Shown: positions 48,275 to 59,287 of the stretch, one piece after another
Position numbering within the stretch: the stretch's first letter is position 1
Layout of the letters: each line of letters starts with the position of its first letter
Assembly (NCBI GenBank): GCA_029560415.1
Contig: JAKQKY010000494.1
Span: forward strand, 24 to 64,023
Length of the DNA stretch: 64,000 nt
From: Bacteroidota bacterium
GTDB lineage: Bacteria; Bacteroidota; Bacteroidia; Chitinophagales; Chitinophagaceae
Direction: 5' to 3'
Position numbers and translations under genes: made by a program
The notes under the pieces: model-generated
What the model was told of the DNA's origin: nothing
The model's database searches: none
The model's input: only the letters and a program-made list of their open reading frames with translations

Positions 48275-49102
48275 ATGCGGCAACAAAGCTTTTTTATACT
48301 GGCCTTATTCATCCTGTCTGCGTTTCAAACAGAAGCCCAGCGGGTGAAACGCAAAGGTGTGCAACCTGTACAAACTGGCTCTAAAGGAAATAAAGCCCTA
48401 AGCCCATATACACTCGATCAATTACAGGGTAAATGGCAGGAAATAAGCCGGTATGCCTCCAATTCTGTAAAAGCTGTTGACTTCCCGGATTCATTGTTGC
48501 TAAAGTTTGAAAACAACAAAGTAGAGTTGAAGGATGTCATCAGCATGAACATGAGCCTGAAAGGTTTTGCACAAATTGAAGGAGATATTTTAACCGTTGC
48601 CGGTGACACGTATACCATTCTTTCGCTGGATAAAAACATGCTGGTGCTGGATGATGGTGAGTTCACCAAAAAGTTACAGCATAAGGAACAGTTTTATTAT
48701 GAAACACTCGGTAAGATCTCGGTAACCAGTGATTCAATGAATACGCCTATTACCATTGACCCAAAAAATGTAGAAGGTAAATGGATGGTATATCGCCGGC
48801 AGGCATTGGCCGGTTCGGTGATGGAAGATGCCGTGGTGATAAAATCGCTGGATATTTTTCCAGGCAATACGATCGGCTCCGCAAATGGCCAGGTAGTTTT
48901 TTATAAAACTGATATCACAGAATCGTTATCGTGCAAGATCATTTTCGGAAAAGAAAGTATCCAGGTACTAACGGATAAGTATACATGGGATTTTATTACT
49001 TACAAAGCAGATGGAAATGAATTTGTGTTTGGTGAGGCCGGCCGCTTGCTCTATTATGCAAAACATTTACCTGCTACCGCACCTCCTTCTCCATTGCCGT
49101 AA
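48275..49102 (+). CDS. Exported hypothetical protein (two lipocalin-like repeats)
   Basis: Signal peptide, with LQGKWQ and VEGKWM repeats starting two beta-rich domains. Confidence 0.65.
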   Translation: MRQQSFFILALFILSAFQTEAQRVKRKGVQPVQTGSKGNKALSPYTLDQLQGKWQEISRYASNSVKAVDFPDSLLLKFENNKVELKDVISMNMSLKGFAQIEGDILTVAGDTYTILSLDKNMLVLDDGEFTKKLQHKEQFYYETLGKISVTSDSMNTPITIDPKNVEGKWMVYRRQALAGSVMEDAVVIKSLDIFPGNTIGSANGQVVFYKTDITESLSCKIIFGKESIQVLTDKYTWDFITYKADGNEFVFGEAGRLLYYAKHLPATAPPSPLP

Positions 49103-49119
49103 ATGATTTCATACTTTGT

Positions 49120-51456
49120 TTAAGATGATGTACCAGGTGTTATGATGCGCAGCTTGGCATAATTGAGCATGATCTTTTTTTCGCCATTGTTCTCAAATAA
49201 AATGGTGGCAATTGGATTGTGTGCTGCGCCTTCCATTTTAACCACTTCTCCAAAACCAAATTTCTGGTGTTCTACGCGGTGTCCTTCCTGCAACTCACGG
49301 ATATCACTGGCTTCAAAGTTTTCGGATGGTACATGTTCTTTAACTTGCGGACGGGCAGGTGCACTGGCATAAAAAGGTTTTTTCGTTTCTCTTTTTTCAA
49401 CAGGTGCACTGGCAAATCCACGGTTCATACGTTCAAATGCCGATCCTTGCGACCAACCGCTATTCGCATTGTTCTTTGCCGAATTGCCCGCGTAGCTTCT
49501 ATCGATCCTCTCTTCCGGGATCTCCTCAATAAAACGGCTCGGATCATTTTGCTGCAACTGTCCAAAACGGTAACGGGCATTTGAATAACTCAGGTATAGA
49601 TTTGTTTTTGCTCTTGTGATGGCTACGTAAAAAAGTCTGCGTTCTTCTTCCAGTTCTTCCCTGGTATTGATGCTCATGGCATTGGGGAAAAGGGTTTCTT
49701 CCAATCCGCCAACAAATACTACCGGGAACTCCAATCCTTTCGCAGCATGGATGGTCATCAGTTTCACCACATCCTGGTTTTCTTTGCTATCATCGGCATC
49801 GGTGAGCAACACGATCTGCTGAAGATAAGCGCCAAGACCTTTGTCGCCTACTTCGCCATCTTCTTCATTCATGGGAGTTTCAGTAAACTCCTTGATGGCA
49901 TTCAGCAATTCCTGTACGTTTTCATAGCGTGCAAGCCCTTCCGTTGTTTTATCATTGAAGAGTTCTTTTACGATGCCCGTACTTTTTCCAACGATCACCG
50001 CCAGGTCGTATGCGTTCTTTTTCTGCAGTTCGCTCTGAAACATTTTAATGGTGGTTACAAAACCATCGAGGCTTTCAAGTGTGCCACTGCGGAAACCGTA
50101 CATGGCTGCATTCGAGATAATATCCCAAAGCGTCAGATTATGCTGGTTGGCAAATAATACCGCTTTTTCAATGGTTGTTTTTCCAATGCCGCGTGCAGGG
50201 TAATTGATCACTCTTTTCAGTGCTTCTTCATCGCGTGGATTGACCACGAGGCGCAGGTAAGCAATAAAATCCTTGATCTCCTTACGTTGGTAAAAACTCA
50301 TGCCGCCATAAATGCGATAGGCGATGCCCATTCTGCGCAGGGCTTCTTCAAAACTGCGGCTCTGTGCATTGGTGCGATAAAGAATCGCAAAATCCTTATT
50401 GAAAAAATGATTGCGGAGTTTCTGTTCCTGGATGCTGTCTGCTACCATCTTTCCCTCATCATTATCCGTCATGGTACGGATGAGTTTTATTTTCTCGCCT
50501 TCATCATTATCGGTAAATAATTTCTTTTCGATCTGGCCCTTGTTTTTCCCGATCACCTCGTTGGCTACATGCAGGATATTCTTTGTGCTGCGATAATTCT
50601 GTTCCAGTTTCACCACGGCTACATCATCATAATCTTTCTGAAACTGCAATATATTTTCAATGGTTGCCCCCCGGAAACTATAAATACTTTGTGCATCATC
50701 GCCCACCACGCAAACATTTTCGTGCATCGCACCGAGTAATTTGATGATCTCGTACTGGGCAGGATTGGTATCCTGGTACTCATCGATCATGATGTATTTG
50801 AACTTGCGTTGAAATTTACTCAGGGAATCGGGAAAATTTTTGAGCAGGATATACATCTTGAACAGCAGGTCATCGAAATCCATGGCGCCGTTCTTAAAAC
50901 ATCTTTTCGTATAGGCGTCATAGATAGCGCCCAGTTGCGAGCGGTTGGCACGGTTATCTTCCTGTTGCAAGGCCCAGTCGTTTGCATATTCTGCAGGCCC
51001 GATGAGATTATTCTTGGCAGCAGAGATCCGGTTATAAACTACATTTGGTTTATACAATTTATCATCCAGGTCCATTTCATTGATAACCGCTTTCACTACG
51101 CTTTTGGCATCGTCGGTATCATAAATGGTAAAGTTGGAAGGATAACCCAGCTTGGGTGCTTCCGCTCTCAGGATCCGGGCAAACACACTATGAAATGTTC
51201 CGATGTAAAGGTTCCTGGCTTCAGAGCCGCCCAGGATCTTTCCAATACGTTCTTTCATTTCAGCAGCTGCCTTATTGGTAAAGGTGAGGGCAAGAATATT
51301 AAATGCATCTACCCCATTCGCCATCAGGTGGGCAATACGGGTAGTGATCACTTTTGTTTTTCCGCTTCCGGCCCCTGCAATGATCATTATCGGGCCATCC
51401 CTATGCAATACCGCCTGCCGCTGCGGCTCATTCAACTCATCTAAATATCTTGCCAT
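49120..51456 (-). CDS. UvrD/PcrA family SF1 DNA helicase
   Basis: AGAGSGKT, TFTNKAA, DEYQD, LEQNYRS, TIHAAKGLEF and C-terminal HQKFGFG domain. Confidence 0.96.
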   Translation of the reverse strand: MARYLDELNEPQRQAVLHRDGPIMIIAGAGSGKTKVITTRIAHLMANGVDAFNILALTFTNKAAAEMKERIGKILGGSEARNLYIGTFHSVFARILRAEAPKLGYPSNFTIYDTDDAKSVVKAVINEMDLDDKLYKPNVVYNRISAAKNNLIGPAEYANDWALQQEDNRANRSQLGAIYDAYTKRCFKNGAMDFDDLLFKMYILLKNFPDSLSKFQRKFKYIMIDEYQDTNPAQYEIIKLLGAMHENVCVVGDDAQSIYSFRGATIENILQFQKDYDDVAVVKLEQNYRSTKNILHVANEVIGKNKGQIEKKLFTDNDEGEKIKLIRTMTDNDEGKMVADSIQEQKLRNHFFNKDFAILYRTNAQSRSFEEALRRMGIAYRIYGGMSFYQRKEIKDFIAYLRLVVNPRDEEALKRVINYPARGIGKTTIEKAVLFANQHNLTLWDIISNAAMYGFRSGTLESLDGFVTTIKMFQSELQKKNAYDLAVIVGKSTGIVKELFNDKTTEGLARYENVQELLNAIKEFTETPMNEEDGEVGDKGLGAYLQQIVLLTDADDSKENQDVVKLMTIHAAKGLEFPVVFVGGLEETLFPNAMSINTREELEEERRLFYVAITRAKTNLYLSYSNARYRFGQLQQNDPSRFIEEIPEERIDRSYAGNSAKNNANSGWSQGSAFERMNRGFASAPVEKRETKKPFYASAPARPQVKEHVPSENFEASDIRELQEGHRVEHQKFGFGEVVKMEGAAHNPIATILFENNGEKKIMLNYAKLRIITPGTSS

Positions 51457-51620
51457 GGCCACAAAGGTACGGATAGCATTACGGAGGTAAAAAACTGTGT
51501 GCAAATATTTATTTATGCAGATCTCCATACGGCTATAGCCTGAAAACCAATTACAAATTGAAAACCGCCGCTTAAAAAACGGAATGGTAACGACAGCTAA
51601 TTACCTTGTTTCTTGCAGGG

Positions 51621-52256
51621 GTGAAAAAAACGATCTTACTTTTTTTATTAATAACACTTACAAAATACATGGAAGCTCAATTACAAACAGACTCCATCAC
51701 CGGAGCTTATTACCTGAAAGGCGTTATGGAAACGGCTTCAGGTTTCAAACTAAATGCTGATTCTACTTTTGAATTTTTCTTTTCATATGGGGCTCTCGAC
51801 CGGGAAGGATCGGGTACCTGGGAACAAAAAGATAACAGGATCATCTTTAATAGTCCTGTTGTGAAAGGCCAGCCATTTGCATTGATGGCTAAAAAAACAC
51901 TCAATAGCCCATTTACGACCATAAAGATCAATGATCCCAATGTCATCCTTGCGCATAGCGTATTTTGCAGGTTATCATCCGGGCAAAAAACCCTGGAAGA
52001 AATGAGCAACCAGAAAGGAGAGATCATTTTTGATCGTACAACCGTTGATAGCATCCTGCTGGTTTCTGAATTTTGTCCGGAAAAAGCTGCTGTGTTTGCA
52101 TTTTCCAATAAAGAAGAAAATTATTTCGAATTCAGGTTTGAATCCTGGTGGACAGAAGTTTTTTTCGACCACCTGGCCATGAAACTGGAAAATAATGAAT
52201 TAATTGGTCAGCATCCCCTGCTGAAAGAAGGTGAATATCATTTTACAAAACACTAG
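51621..52256 (+). CDS. Exported hypothetical protein
   Basis: Probable GTG start (MKKTILLF) with a signal peptide, 211 aa. Confidence 0.7.
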   Translation: MKKTILLFLLITLTKYMEAQLQTDSITGAYYLKGVMETASGFKLNADSTFEFFFSYGALDREGSGTWEQKDNRIIFNSPVVKGQPFALMAKKTLNSPFTTIKINDPNVILAHSVFCRLSSGQKTLEEMSNQKGEIIFDRTTVDSILLVSEFCPEKAAVFAFSNKEENYFEFRFESWWTEVFFDHLAMKLENNELIGQHPLLKEGEYHFTKH

Positions 52257-52345
52257 GCATTAATAAAAAACATAATGCTTTACCATTCACATTTCTAAAT
52301 GGGTGCTTTCTCGAATTTTTGCTAATTTCGGGCACCAATAAGGAT

Positions 52346-52723
52346 ATGATGAAGAAAAAAAGGTTTATTTATTATCTGCTGGCGGTTGCATCGATCGGGT
52401 TTTATGCATGTAATAAGGACAATGCCAACTTTACCCCGGTGGGCGGAGAATTACCTACTCACTACATCACGATCCAGGATAGCGGATTTGATCCTGCCAC
52501 GCTGACCATTGCCAATGGCGGATCGGTCACTTTTTTAAACAGTACCACCGTAGATCATACCCTGCTCTCTGATGACAGTGTGGTGATCAGGTCGGCAGCG
52601 ATTGTTCCAGGTTCATTCTTTTTTGTTAAACCTGATACCAGCCTGGGTTTGCTGCCTGTTGAGATAAATTATCATTGTGTGCAACATCCATCTGCAAGAG
52701 GAACGATCATTCTCACGCCATAG
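52346..52723 (+). CDS. Cupredoxin-like lipoprotein
   Basis: Lipobox FYAC, FDPATLTI..GGSVTFLN, DHT and YHCVQHP. Confidence 0.72.
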   Translation: MMKKKRFIYYLLAVASIGFYACNKDNANFTPVGGELPTHYITIQDSGFDPATLTIANGGSVTFLNSTTVDHTLLSDDSVVIRSAAIVPGSFFFVKPDTSLGLLPVEINYHCVQHPSARGTIILTP

Positions 52724-52725
52724 CC

Positions 52726-53583
52726 ATGCAACACGTTGAGTTTTTTGATACCGACCATTTTGAGAAAAACTACCACCGTGTTAATCCTCCCGCAGCACTG
52801 GCTCATTTCATAGACTTTTTCTGGGAAACAAAATTTGAACAACTCTGGGAGAAATATCCAAACGGATTTTCCGATGCCCTTTTCCCAAACATCGGGTACA
52901 CATACCTGATCAACCTGGGAACTTCTTTTACCATGCAGGTTGGAGAAATAAGCACGCTGATGAAATCGGATGGTTTCCTGCCCAGGCATTTGCCTATTGA
53001 ATGCCATCACCAGGCAGGCAATATTTTATTCGGGATCAAATTCAGGATCTCGCCGGTGATCTTTGAGAAAAAAATAAACTTTGCCGAATACAGGTCTGGC
53101 ATTTACCCGCTCAGTTACCTGCTTGATAAAAAGATCATTGACCGGGTGAAAGCCGCCACAGGATTTGAAAAAAGAGTAGATATTCTGAGTACTCATTTTA
53201 TGATGCTCCTCGAAAAATCAGCCGTCGAAAACAAAGCAGTACATATTGTATCAGAAATCCTATACGATTGCAGCAACAACAACCAATTCAACATTTCCAT
53301 TGAGAAGCTGGCCGATCAATATAAAATTACGTCGCGTACCCTTCAACGTTATTTTGAACGGGCTACCAGCCTGAGCAGTAAAAAAACTTTGCAAATATTA
53401 CGGATCCGGAAAGCTGTTGCTGAACTTGCCAAAGATCCCGCTGACTTTCATTATAAAAATTATGGCTATTACGATTATAGTCATTTTTATAAGCACCTGA
53501 AGAAATTCCTGTTAAAAAGCACCCTCAATCACCTGAAGCCGCACCTGGCACTGCTGAGTAAACTGCATCCGGAAAATGACTGA
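52726..53583 (+). CDS. AraC family transcriptional regulator
   Basis: C-terminal SRTLQRYF and GYYDYSHF HTH motifs. Starts 2 nt after the cupredoxin gene. Confidence 0.85.
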   Translation: MQHVEFFDTDHFEKNYHRVNPPAALAHFIDFFWETKFEQLWEKYPNGFSDALFPNIGYTYLINLGTSFTMQVGEISTLMKSDGFLPRHLPIECHHQAGNILFGIKFRISPVIFEKKINFAEYRSGIYPLSYLLDKKIIDRVKAATGFEKRVDILSTHFMMLLEKSAVENKAVHIVSEILYDCSNNNQFNISIEKLADQYKITSRTLQRYFERATSLSSKKTLQILRIRKAVAELAKDPADFHYKNYGYYDYSHFYKHLKKFLLKSTLNHLKPHLALLSKLHPEND

Positions 53584-53709
53584 ACTTATTTTTGCTGCGG
53601 ATCTTCCCTGATCAATGTAGCTTACAATAATAAACCGAGCGCCTCCTTAAGCCCAGGTATTGGGAAGTATAGCTAAGAAGTTGGCGCTGCATTTTATCAC
53701 CAGTATGTT

Positions 53710-55023
53710 TTAATGTTTACGTAACCAGTTGATGGTTTCCACTGCGATCTGCAGGTTAAAATTTCCCTTTATATATTGTTGCGTTCTAAAATTGTCGCGT
53801 GCAGCTTCCCAGGTGGCGCTCTTCATCATGAAATGGTCTAGTTCAGGAATATATTTTACAATGGCATTCCCGGGATGTACCGCATTTACAGATTGTTGCA
53901 TCAACAGCGGTTCTGCTTTGCTGCATTGTTCGTAATCTGTTTCTCCATGAATGATCAGAACCGGGCATGAAAGGCTTTGCCAGGAAGCTGCGAGATTCAA
54001 TGAATCGAGCTGTTGCCAATATCGCCAATGCCGGCCCCACATGTCGTTACTGCCGGCTTTATAAGTTAGTTCAGATGCAACAAGTGCTGCATATTCGGGT
54101 ATCGCATGTAACTGTGCCGGCGATTTTTTCAACACGAAGAACTCGTAATATATCTTCTGTATCTGGCGAATGAAGGTTTCGGTTTGAAGGTACGTTTGAT
54201 TCTCAAGTAGCGGCTTTTGAAAGCGGTGCATTTCCAACAGGAACTCGCTCCAGGGCCGGAAAGTTGCTCCAAAGACCATGACGCCTTTTGGTTGGTGTAA
54301 CCTGGCCACTTCAGGTGCAATCACACCGCCCATCGAGTGCCCCCACACGTAGAGGTTAGTTTTATCCACGAATGGAAGATTTTCCATATACCGATAGCCC
54401 GCATCAAAGCTCTGGATATCGGTAACCAGGTCTACTTCACCGCAGGGCTCACATTGATAACTATCGCCGAGGCCCGATTTCTCAATGGTTACAACGGCGT
54501 AGCCTGCTTTAACCCAGGCGGATAATAATTTGCCATTATAGCTGCTCATATAATTCTCGATACTGCCACAACCATACCCAGGTATCAACAAGATTGCCGG
54601 CAGGTTGGCTTTGCCTTTGGGCTTACGTGTAATGGTACGCAGGAAGCCATTTCTGAATGGAACCCAGTCATACAGCACATCGGCATAATCCAGTTGTTCA
54701 TATGGCCGCATAACGGCTTTGCCTGTCAACTTCATCTCACGGCCCTTACGCAGCACCGTTATATTCACCGCTGTTCCTGTTCGCAGGGAAGAAACTATTT
54801 TTTGATAGGATTCAAGTGTTGGAGTTGTAGTACTATTCAGGCTAATCAAGATGTCGCCTTTCTGTACTTTCATCAGGTCAAAAGTTCCCCCGGGAACAAT
54901 GCTGTCAGTCTGCAAGCCACGATCTGTGACTTTACCCATCCACCCCATGATCGCTTTCCTCGGCGGCTCCTGTGCGCAGGCATTACTTGTAATGAATAAG
55001 CCAATAATCAATAGTTTTCTCAT
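53710..55023 (-). CDS. Exported alpha/beta hydrolase with N-terminal PDZ domain
   Basis: Signal peptide, VQKGDILISLN PDZ, GHSMGG nucleophile, and HGETD and LDH. Confidence 0.85.
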   Translation of the reverse strand: MRKLLIIGLFITSNACAQEPPRKAIMGWMGKVTDRGLQTDSIVPGGTFDLMKVQKGDILISLNSTTTPTLESYQKIVSSLRTGTAVNITVLRKGREMKLTGKAVMRPYEQLDYADVLYDWVPFRNGFLRTITRKPKGKANLPAILLIPGYGCGSIENYMSSYNGKLLSAWVKAGYAVVTIEKSGLGDSYQCEPCGEVDLVTDIQSFDAGYRYMENLPFVDKTNLYVWGHSMGGVIAPEVARLHQPKGVMVFGATFRPWSEFLLEMHRFQKPLLENQTYLQTETFIRQIQKIYYEFFVLKKSPAQLHAIPEYAALVASELTYKAGSNDMWGRHWRYWQQLDSLNLAASWQSLSCPVLIIHGETDYEQCSKAEPLLMQQSVNAVHPGNAIVKYIPELDHFMMKSATWEAARDNFRTQQYIKGNFNLQIAVETINWLRKH

Positions 55024-55075
55024 ACGCGTTGATTTAACGATCGTTAATTAAAGAGACATGGCGACTGCGTTCAAA

Positions 55076-57532
55076 TTATTGTGCCCGCTGCCTTTCTTCT
55101 TCGGAGCCGGTTGTTCTTCGCCTGGCCGACTGCACTTTATTGTTTCCAAATCGATAGGTGATGCTTAGGTTGGCAACCCTCGTTTCCCGGTAAGCATGCC
55201 ACTTCTCAATATAATTGTCATAGGTAATAACGGCCTTGGGTAAATTGGTCCAGAAGATATCGGTCATGTTGAAACGAAGTGTTCCCTTTCTCTGCAGGAT
55301 TGTTTTCTGTACACCAACACCGATTCCCCATTGCGGATCCAGGACCATGAAGCCATACTGCCCACCAGAATTGAAATTTGCATTGAACTCGGCCGACCAT
55401 CCTTTTCTAAAGCTGAAGCTGTTGTTGGTGCGGATGTCAGCAACCGGCTTGCCATTTTGCAGGTTGGTACCCCCCAGGCTACCGTTGAACTGCTGGTAGT
55501 AAAAATTGGCATTGTTGATCATATTCCACCACTTACTGATACGGATAGGTGCAGAAACAGTAAGACCTACATTATCAGATGAACGCAGGTTTACAGGTAT
55601 CTGTACGGTAACATTATCATCGGAAGGAATATTTGGAAAAACATCCTTGAACCTGGCGATGGCCACATTCTGGTCATCTTTTGTATGGCTGTATCCTAAT
55701 GTAAAGCTGAGGCTTTTCAATGTATAACTCAATTCATAGGACCAGGTGAGTTGTGGCAAGAGTCCCGGCCGGCCTGTAGCATAGGTGGTTACATCTATTA
55801 AAAACAGGAATGGATTTAGTTGCGAATACCCAGGCCTGTCGATGCGCCTGCTTACAGATAAACCTATTGTCTGATCTTCTTTTATTTTATAATTGAAAAA
55901 AGCACTGGGAAATAACTGAAAATACGAGGAATCAAAGGTCACTTTGCCAATCTGTTGCTCTGTGCTTATACCGGTATATTCGCCCCTTAGTCCCACCTGC
56001 AGGTCAAACTTTTTAAATGTTGCTGATGCATTTAAATAACCGGCATGGTTGGTTTCCCGGTAAATGAAATGATTCGTTTTATTGGCATCATTCACAGGAA
56101 CAGCATTACTTACATCAGCAAATAAAGCATCATTGTCGGATGACACATAACTCGTTTTAGCGCCGGTTTCAATTTTTATTGATTTCAGAAAGTGTGTAAA
56201 ATAGTCAAGCTTGGCGGTTTTAAATTCCAGCCTTCCACGTTGGTTACCATCCAGTGCATAATCTGGTTGCAAAGCCGTTCCATCGAGTTTAAAATAGCGG
56301 GTAGCGTTGTGGGTTAGTGAATGTGACCGGTATAATCCATGATCAAGATCGACCGAGATTTCCTTGCCACTGCTGTCGAAGCTGTGTTTGAAATTGATGT
56401 TGGATACGATATTATTGGCCCGGTCGTTATTTGTTGCCAACGACGCAAATGTGCTGACTGCTTCCTTTAATGGGTTGATAACGGTTGACCTGTTATCATT
56501 GTTACGGGTGTAATGATTGGCATTGCCATTAATTACGAACCCGATGATCGTTTTTGGGGAAGGGAAGAAATCCATGCCAAGCCTGGCCGTATGCGACCCC
56601 AGTGGCGATTTAGAGTAATTATCTTTCAGGTCGCCACCGCTGTACACGCCATTCTCATAAAAATTACGGTCGAGCAACAGGTGATTCAGTCCGATCCGGT
56701 AGGCATAATTGTAATTCCCAAATAAATTGAACTTCTTCTTACGGTAATTAAATGTTGTTCCTGCATTGGTCTTCGCATAAACGCCCTGGCCATATCCTGC
56801 ATTAAAGGTACCGTTGATGCCTAAACGCTGATCTTTTTTCATACGAATATCAATGATCCCGGAATTGCCCGCTGCATCATACCTGGCCGAAGGATTGGTA
56901 ATGATCTCGATGCGATCGATAGCCGAACTCGGTAATCCACGCAGGTAATTGGCGAGGTCGGAACCTGTCATGGCTGTAGGTTTTCCATCCACCATGATCA
57001 CAACACCCTGTTTACCACGAAGGCTGATCGCATCGTTCTGATCAATGTTCACGCCGGGGGAACGTTCCAGCACTTCCATTGCTGAACTGCCCGCATTGAT
57101 GATACTATTTTCAACATTTACAACAATGCGATCAGTAAGCTTTTGAATAAAGGGTTTGCGGGCCACTACGGTAACTTCTTTTAATTGTGAAGTACGTGAC
57201 AGGCTCATCAGTAAATCAGGCAAGGTGATTTCGGCCTGTTTTTCTGAAACATTGACAGGGGCCGTTAAACGATCCTGCAGGTTGGCTGCCGAAATCCGAA
57301 GCAGGTAGGTTCCTGCAGTCAAATGATCAAGAATGACCATACCTTCCTGGTCAGACAATGCTGTTTTCAATAAACTGCTATCCGAAGATCTTAACAAGGC
57401 TGTACTTGCATTTTCTACCGGCCGTTTGTTTTCATCCAAAATCTTCACTGAGATCTTTCCTTCCCGAAACGACTGAGCCATTGAAAGAACCGGGAAACAA
57501 AGGCAACAAACAGCCATCCAAATATTTCGCAT
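55076..57532 (-). CDS. TonB-dependent receptor-like outer membrane protein
   Basis: LERSPGV, IEIITNPSARYDAAG plug, SRRIDRP and terminal TYRFG..EEERQR. Confidence 0.9.
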   Translation of the reverse strand: MRNIWMAVCCLCFPVLSMAQSFREGKISVKILDENKRPVENASTALLRSSDSSLLKTALSDQEGMVILDHLTAGTYLLRISAANLQDRLTAPVNVSEKQAEITLPDLLMSLSRTSQLKEVTVVARKPFIQKLTDRIVVNVENSIINAGSSAMEVLERSPGVNIDQNDAISLRGKQGVVIMVDGKPTAMTGSDLANYLRGLPSSAIDRIEIITNPSARYDAAGNSGIIDIRMKKDQRLGINGTFNAGYGQGVYAKTNAGTTFNYRKKKFNLFGNYNYAYRIGLNHLLLDRNFYENGVYSGGDLKDNYSKSPLGSHTARLGMDFFPSPKTIIGFVINGNANHYTRNNDNRSTVINPLKEAVSTFASLATNNDRANNIVSNINFKHSFDSSGKEISVDLDHGLYRSHSLTHNATRYFKLDGTALQPDYALDGNQRGRLEFKTAKLDYFTHFLKSIKIETGAKTSYVSSDNDALFADVSNAVPVNDANKTNHFIYRETNHAGYLNASATFKKFDLQVGLRGEYTGISTEQQIGKVTFDSSYFQLFPSAFFNYKIKEDQTIGLSVSRRIDRPGYSQLNPFLFLIDVTTYATGRPGLLPQLTWSYELSYTLKSLSFTLGYSHTKDDQNVAIARFKDVFPNIPSDDNVTVQIPVNLRSSDNVGLTVSAPIRISKWWNMINNANFYYQQFNGSLGGTNLQNGKPVADIRTNNSFSFRKGWSAEFNANFNSGGQYGFMVLDPQWGIGVGVQKTILQRKGTLRFNMTDIFWTNLPKAVITYDNYIEKWHAYRETRVANLSITYRFGNNKVQSARRRTTGSEEERQRAQ

Positions 57533-57707
57533 AAAAATTGTTTGATTCAAATCTCTATAAATATCACCCTGGAAAGAATGGATTCTATACGGCCTGTTTC
57601 AAGACCTATGTGAACGGCATTCAGCCCGATATGTACTGTCGGATTTTTACAACAAGTAAAAAATAAGCCGCTATGCTGTAAAAAAAGATCATTTTTGCGG
57701 GTACAAC

Positions 57708-58928
57708 ATGCCAACAAATCGAAAAGCAGCCATTGGTTTTATTTTCATCACCTTGATGATCGATGTTACCGGCCTTGGCCTGATCATTCCTGTTCTTCCT
57801 AAATTGATACAGGAACTGATCCATGGTGATATCAGCGATGCATCGAGATATGGGGGGTTTCTAACGTTTACTTATGCCATCATGCAATTTCTTTTTGCGC
57901 CGGTATTGGGTGGCTTAAGTGACCAGTTTGGCAGGAGACCCGTTTTGCTTTTTTCCTTATTTGGTTTTGCATTGGATTACCTGTTCCTTTCTTTTGCTCC
58001 TACCATGGCCTGGTTATTCGTTGGCAGGGCCATTGCCGGCATCACGGGTGCAAGTTTTACAACGGCTACAGCTTACATCGCTGATATTAGTACCCCGGAA
58101 AACAGGGCGCAGAATTTTGGCATGGTGGGTGCGGCATTTGGACTTGGCTTTATCATTGGACCCGTGATAGGGGGATTGCTGGGAAGTTTTGGGCCCAGGG
58201 TTCCTTTTATGGTTGCTGCGGCGCTGAGTTTTCTGAACTGGCTGTATGGCTATTTTATTTTGCCCGAATCATTGTCGTTAAAAAACAGGCGACCCTTTAA
58301 TTGGAAAAGAGCTAACCCGTTGGGATCTTTGAAACAATTGGGCAAGTATCCTGGTCTGGGCGGATTGATCAGCGCATTTTTTCTCATATATGTTGCCAGC
58401 CACGCCGTGCAAAGCAACTGGAGTTTTTTTACGATCGAAAAATTCAGGTGGGATGAGAAGACGATCGGCATTTCCCTTGGGGTGGTTGGTTTGTTGGTAG
58501 CCATTGTACAAGGTGGACTGATTCGATTCATCAACCCAAAATTAGGCAATGAAAAAAGCGTTTACATGGGACTGTTATTATATGCATTGGGCTTGCTGCT
58601 TTTTGCATTCGCTTCACAAAGCTGGATGATGTTTGTATTCCTCATACCTTATTGCCTTGGTGGTATTTGCGGGCCTGCTTTGCAATCCATCATTTCCGGC
58701 AATGTGCCTCCAGATGAACAGGGCGAGCTGCAGGGAGCACTTACAAGCCTTATCAGCCTTACTTCTATCATTGGTCCGCCGGTTATGACGGGGCTGTTCT
58801 CTTACTATACAAGGCCCGGCGCACCGGTTCATTTTTCCGGGGCAGCCTTTCTCCTCGGATCTGTATTGATGCTGCTCAGCGCCGCGATCGCATATAGAAC
58901 GTTAAAAGTAATTCCCGTTAAAAAGTAG
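57708..58928 (+). CDS. TCR/Tet family MFS transporter
   Basis: Motif [25 protein letters not shown] and GFIIGP, 12 TMs. Confidence 0.92.
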   Translation: MPTNRKAAIGFIFITLMIDVTGLGLIIPVLPKLIQELIHGDISDASRYGGFLTFTYAIMQFLFAPVLGGLSDQFGRRPVLLFSLFGFALDYLFLSFAPTMAWLFVGRAIAGITGASFTTATAYIADISTPENRAQNFGMVGAAFGLGFIIGPVIGGLLGSFGPRVPFMVAAALSFLNWLYGYFILPESLSLKNRRPFNWKRANPLGSLKQLGKYPGLGGLISAFFLIYVASHAVQSNWSFFTIEKFRWDEKTIGISLGVVGLLVAIVQGGLIRFINPKLGNEKSVYMGLLLYALGLLLFAFASQSWMMFVFLIPYCLGGICGPALQSIISGNVPPDEQGELQGALTSLISLTSIIGPPVMTGLFSYYTRPGAPVHFSGAAFLLGSVLMLLSAAIAYRTLKVIPVKK

Positions 58929-59254
58929 TTTGATGATCAACTGCGTTTACCCCGTACGTTTACGCGTAGGTGATATTTATAAAAAAAATATTTAACCATA
59001 AAACTGTTGATACACAATAAATTCCTGTCAAATTCGCTTTATATGAGCAATTCGATACCATGCTAACGGTATTGAAAATGAAAAACCTATAGACTGAGAA
59101 AAACTACCTGCCCGGCTGCGTACATTTCACGTACCAGTAACGGAATTCCCCTCAAATCTTTATGGTATTTTCTGAAAAAAATTTCTGCAGCGGATGAAAC
59201 AATGTATCTAAAGCTGTGTATATAACGATTTTTTGTTAGGCACTACAGGACAAC

Positions 59255-59285
59255 GAAGAGCCCCGGTATTGGACGGGGCTTCTTC
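59255..59285. terminator. GC-rich hairpin just after the stop of the 59288 gene (probable terminator)
   Basis: GAAGAGCCCCG-8nt-CGGGGCTTCTTC. Confidence 0.6.
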
Positions 59286-59287
59286 TA

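Noticed and set aside
57708-58928. Acquired tetracycline resistance gene
   Set aside because: A Tet-like MFS with no TetR or mobile context. The substrate cannot be assigned from sequence.
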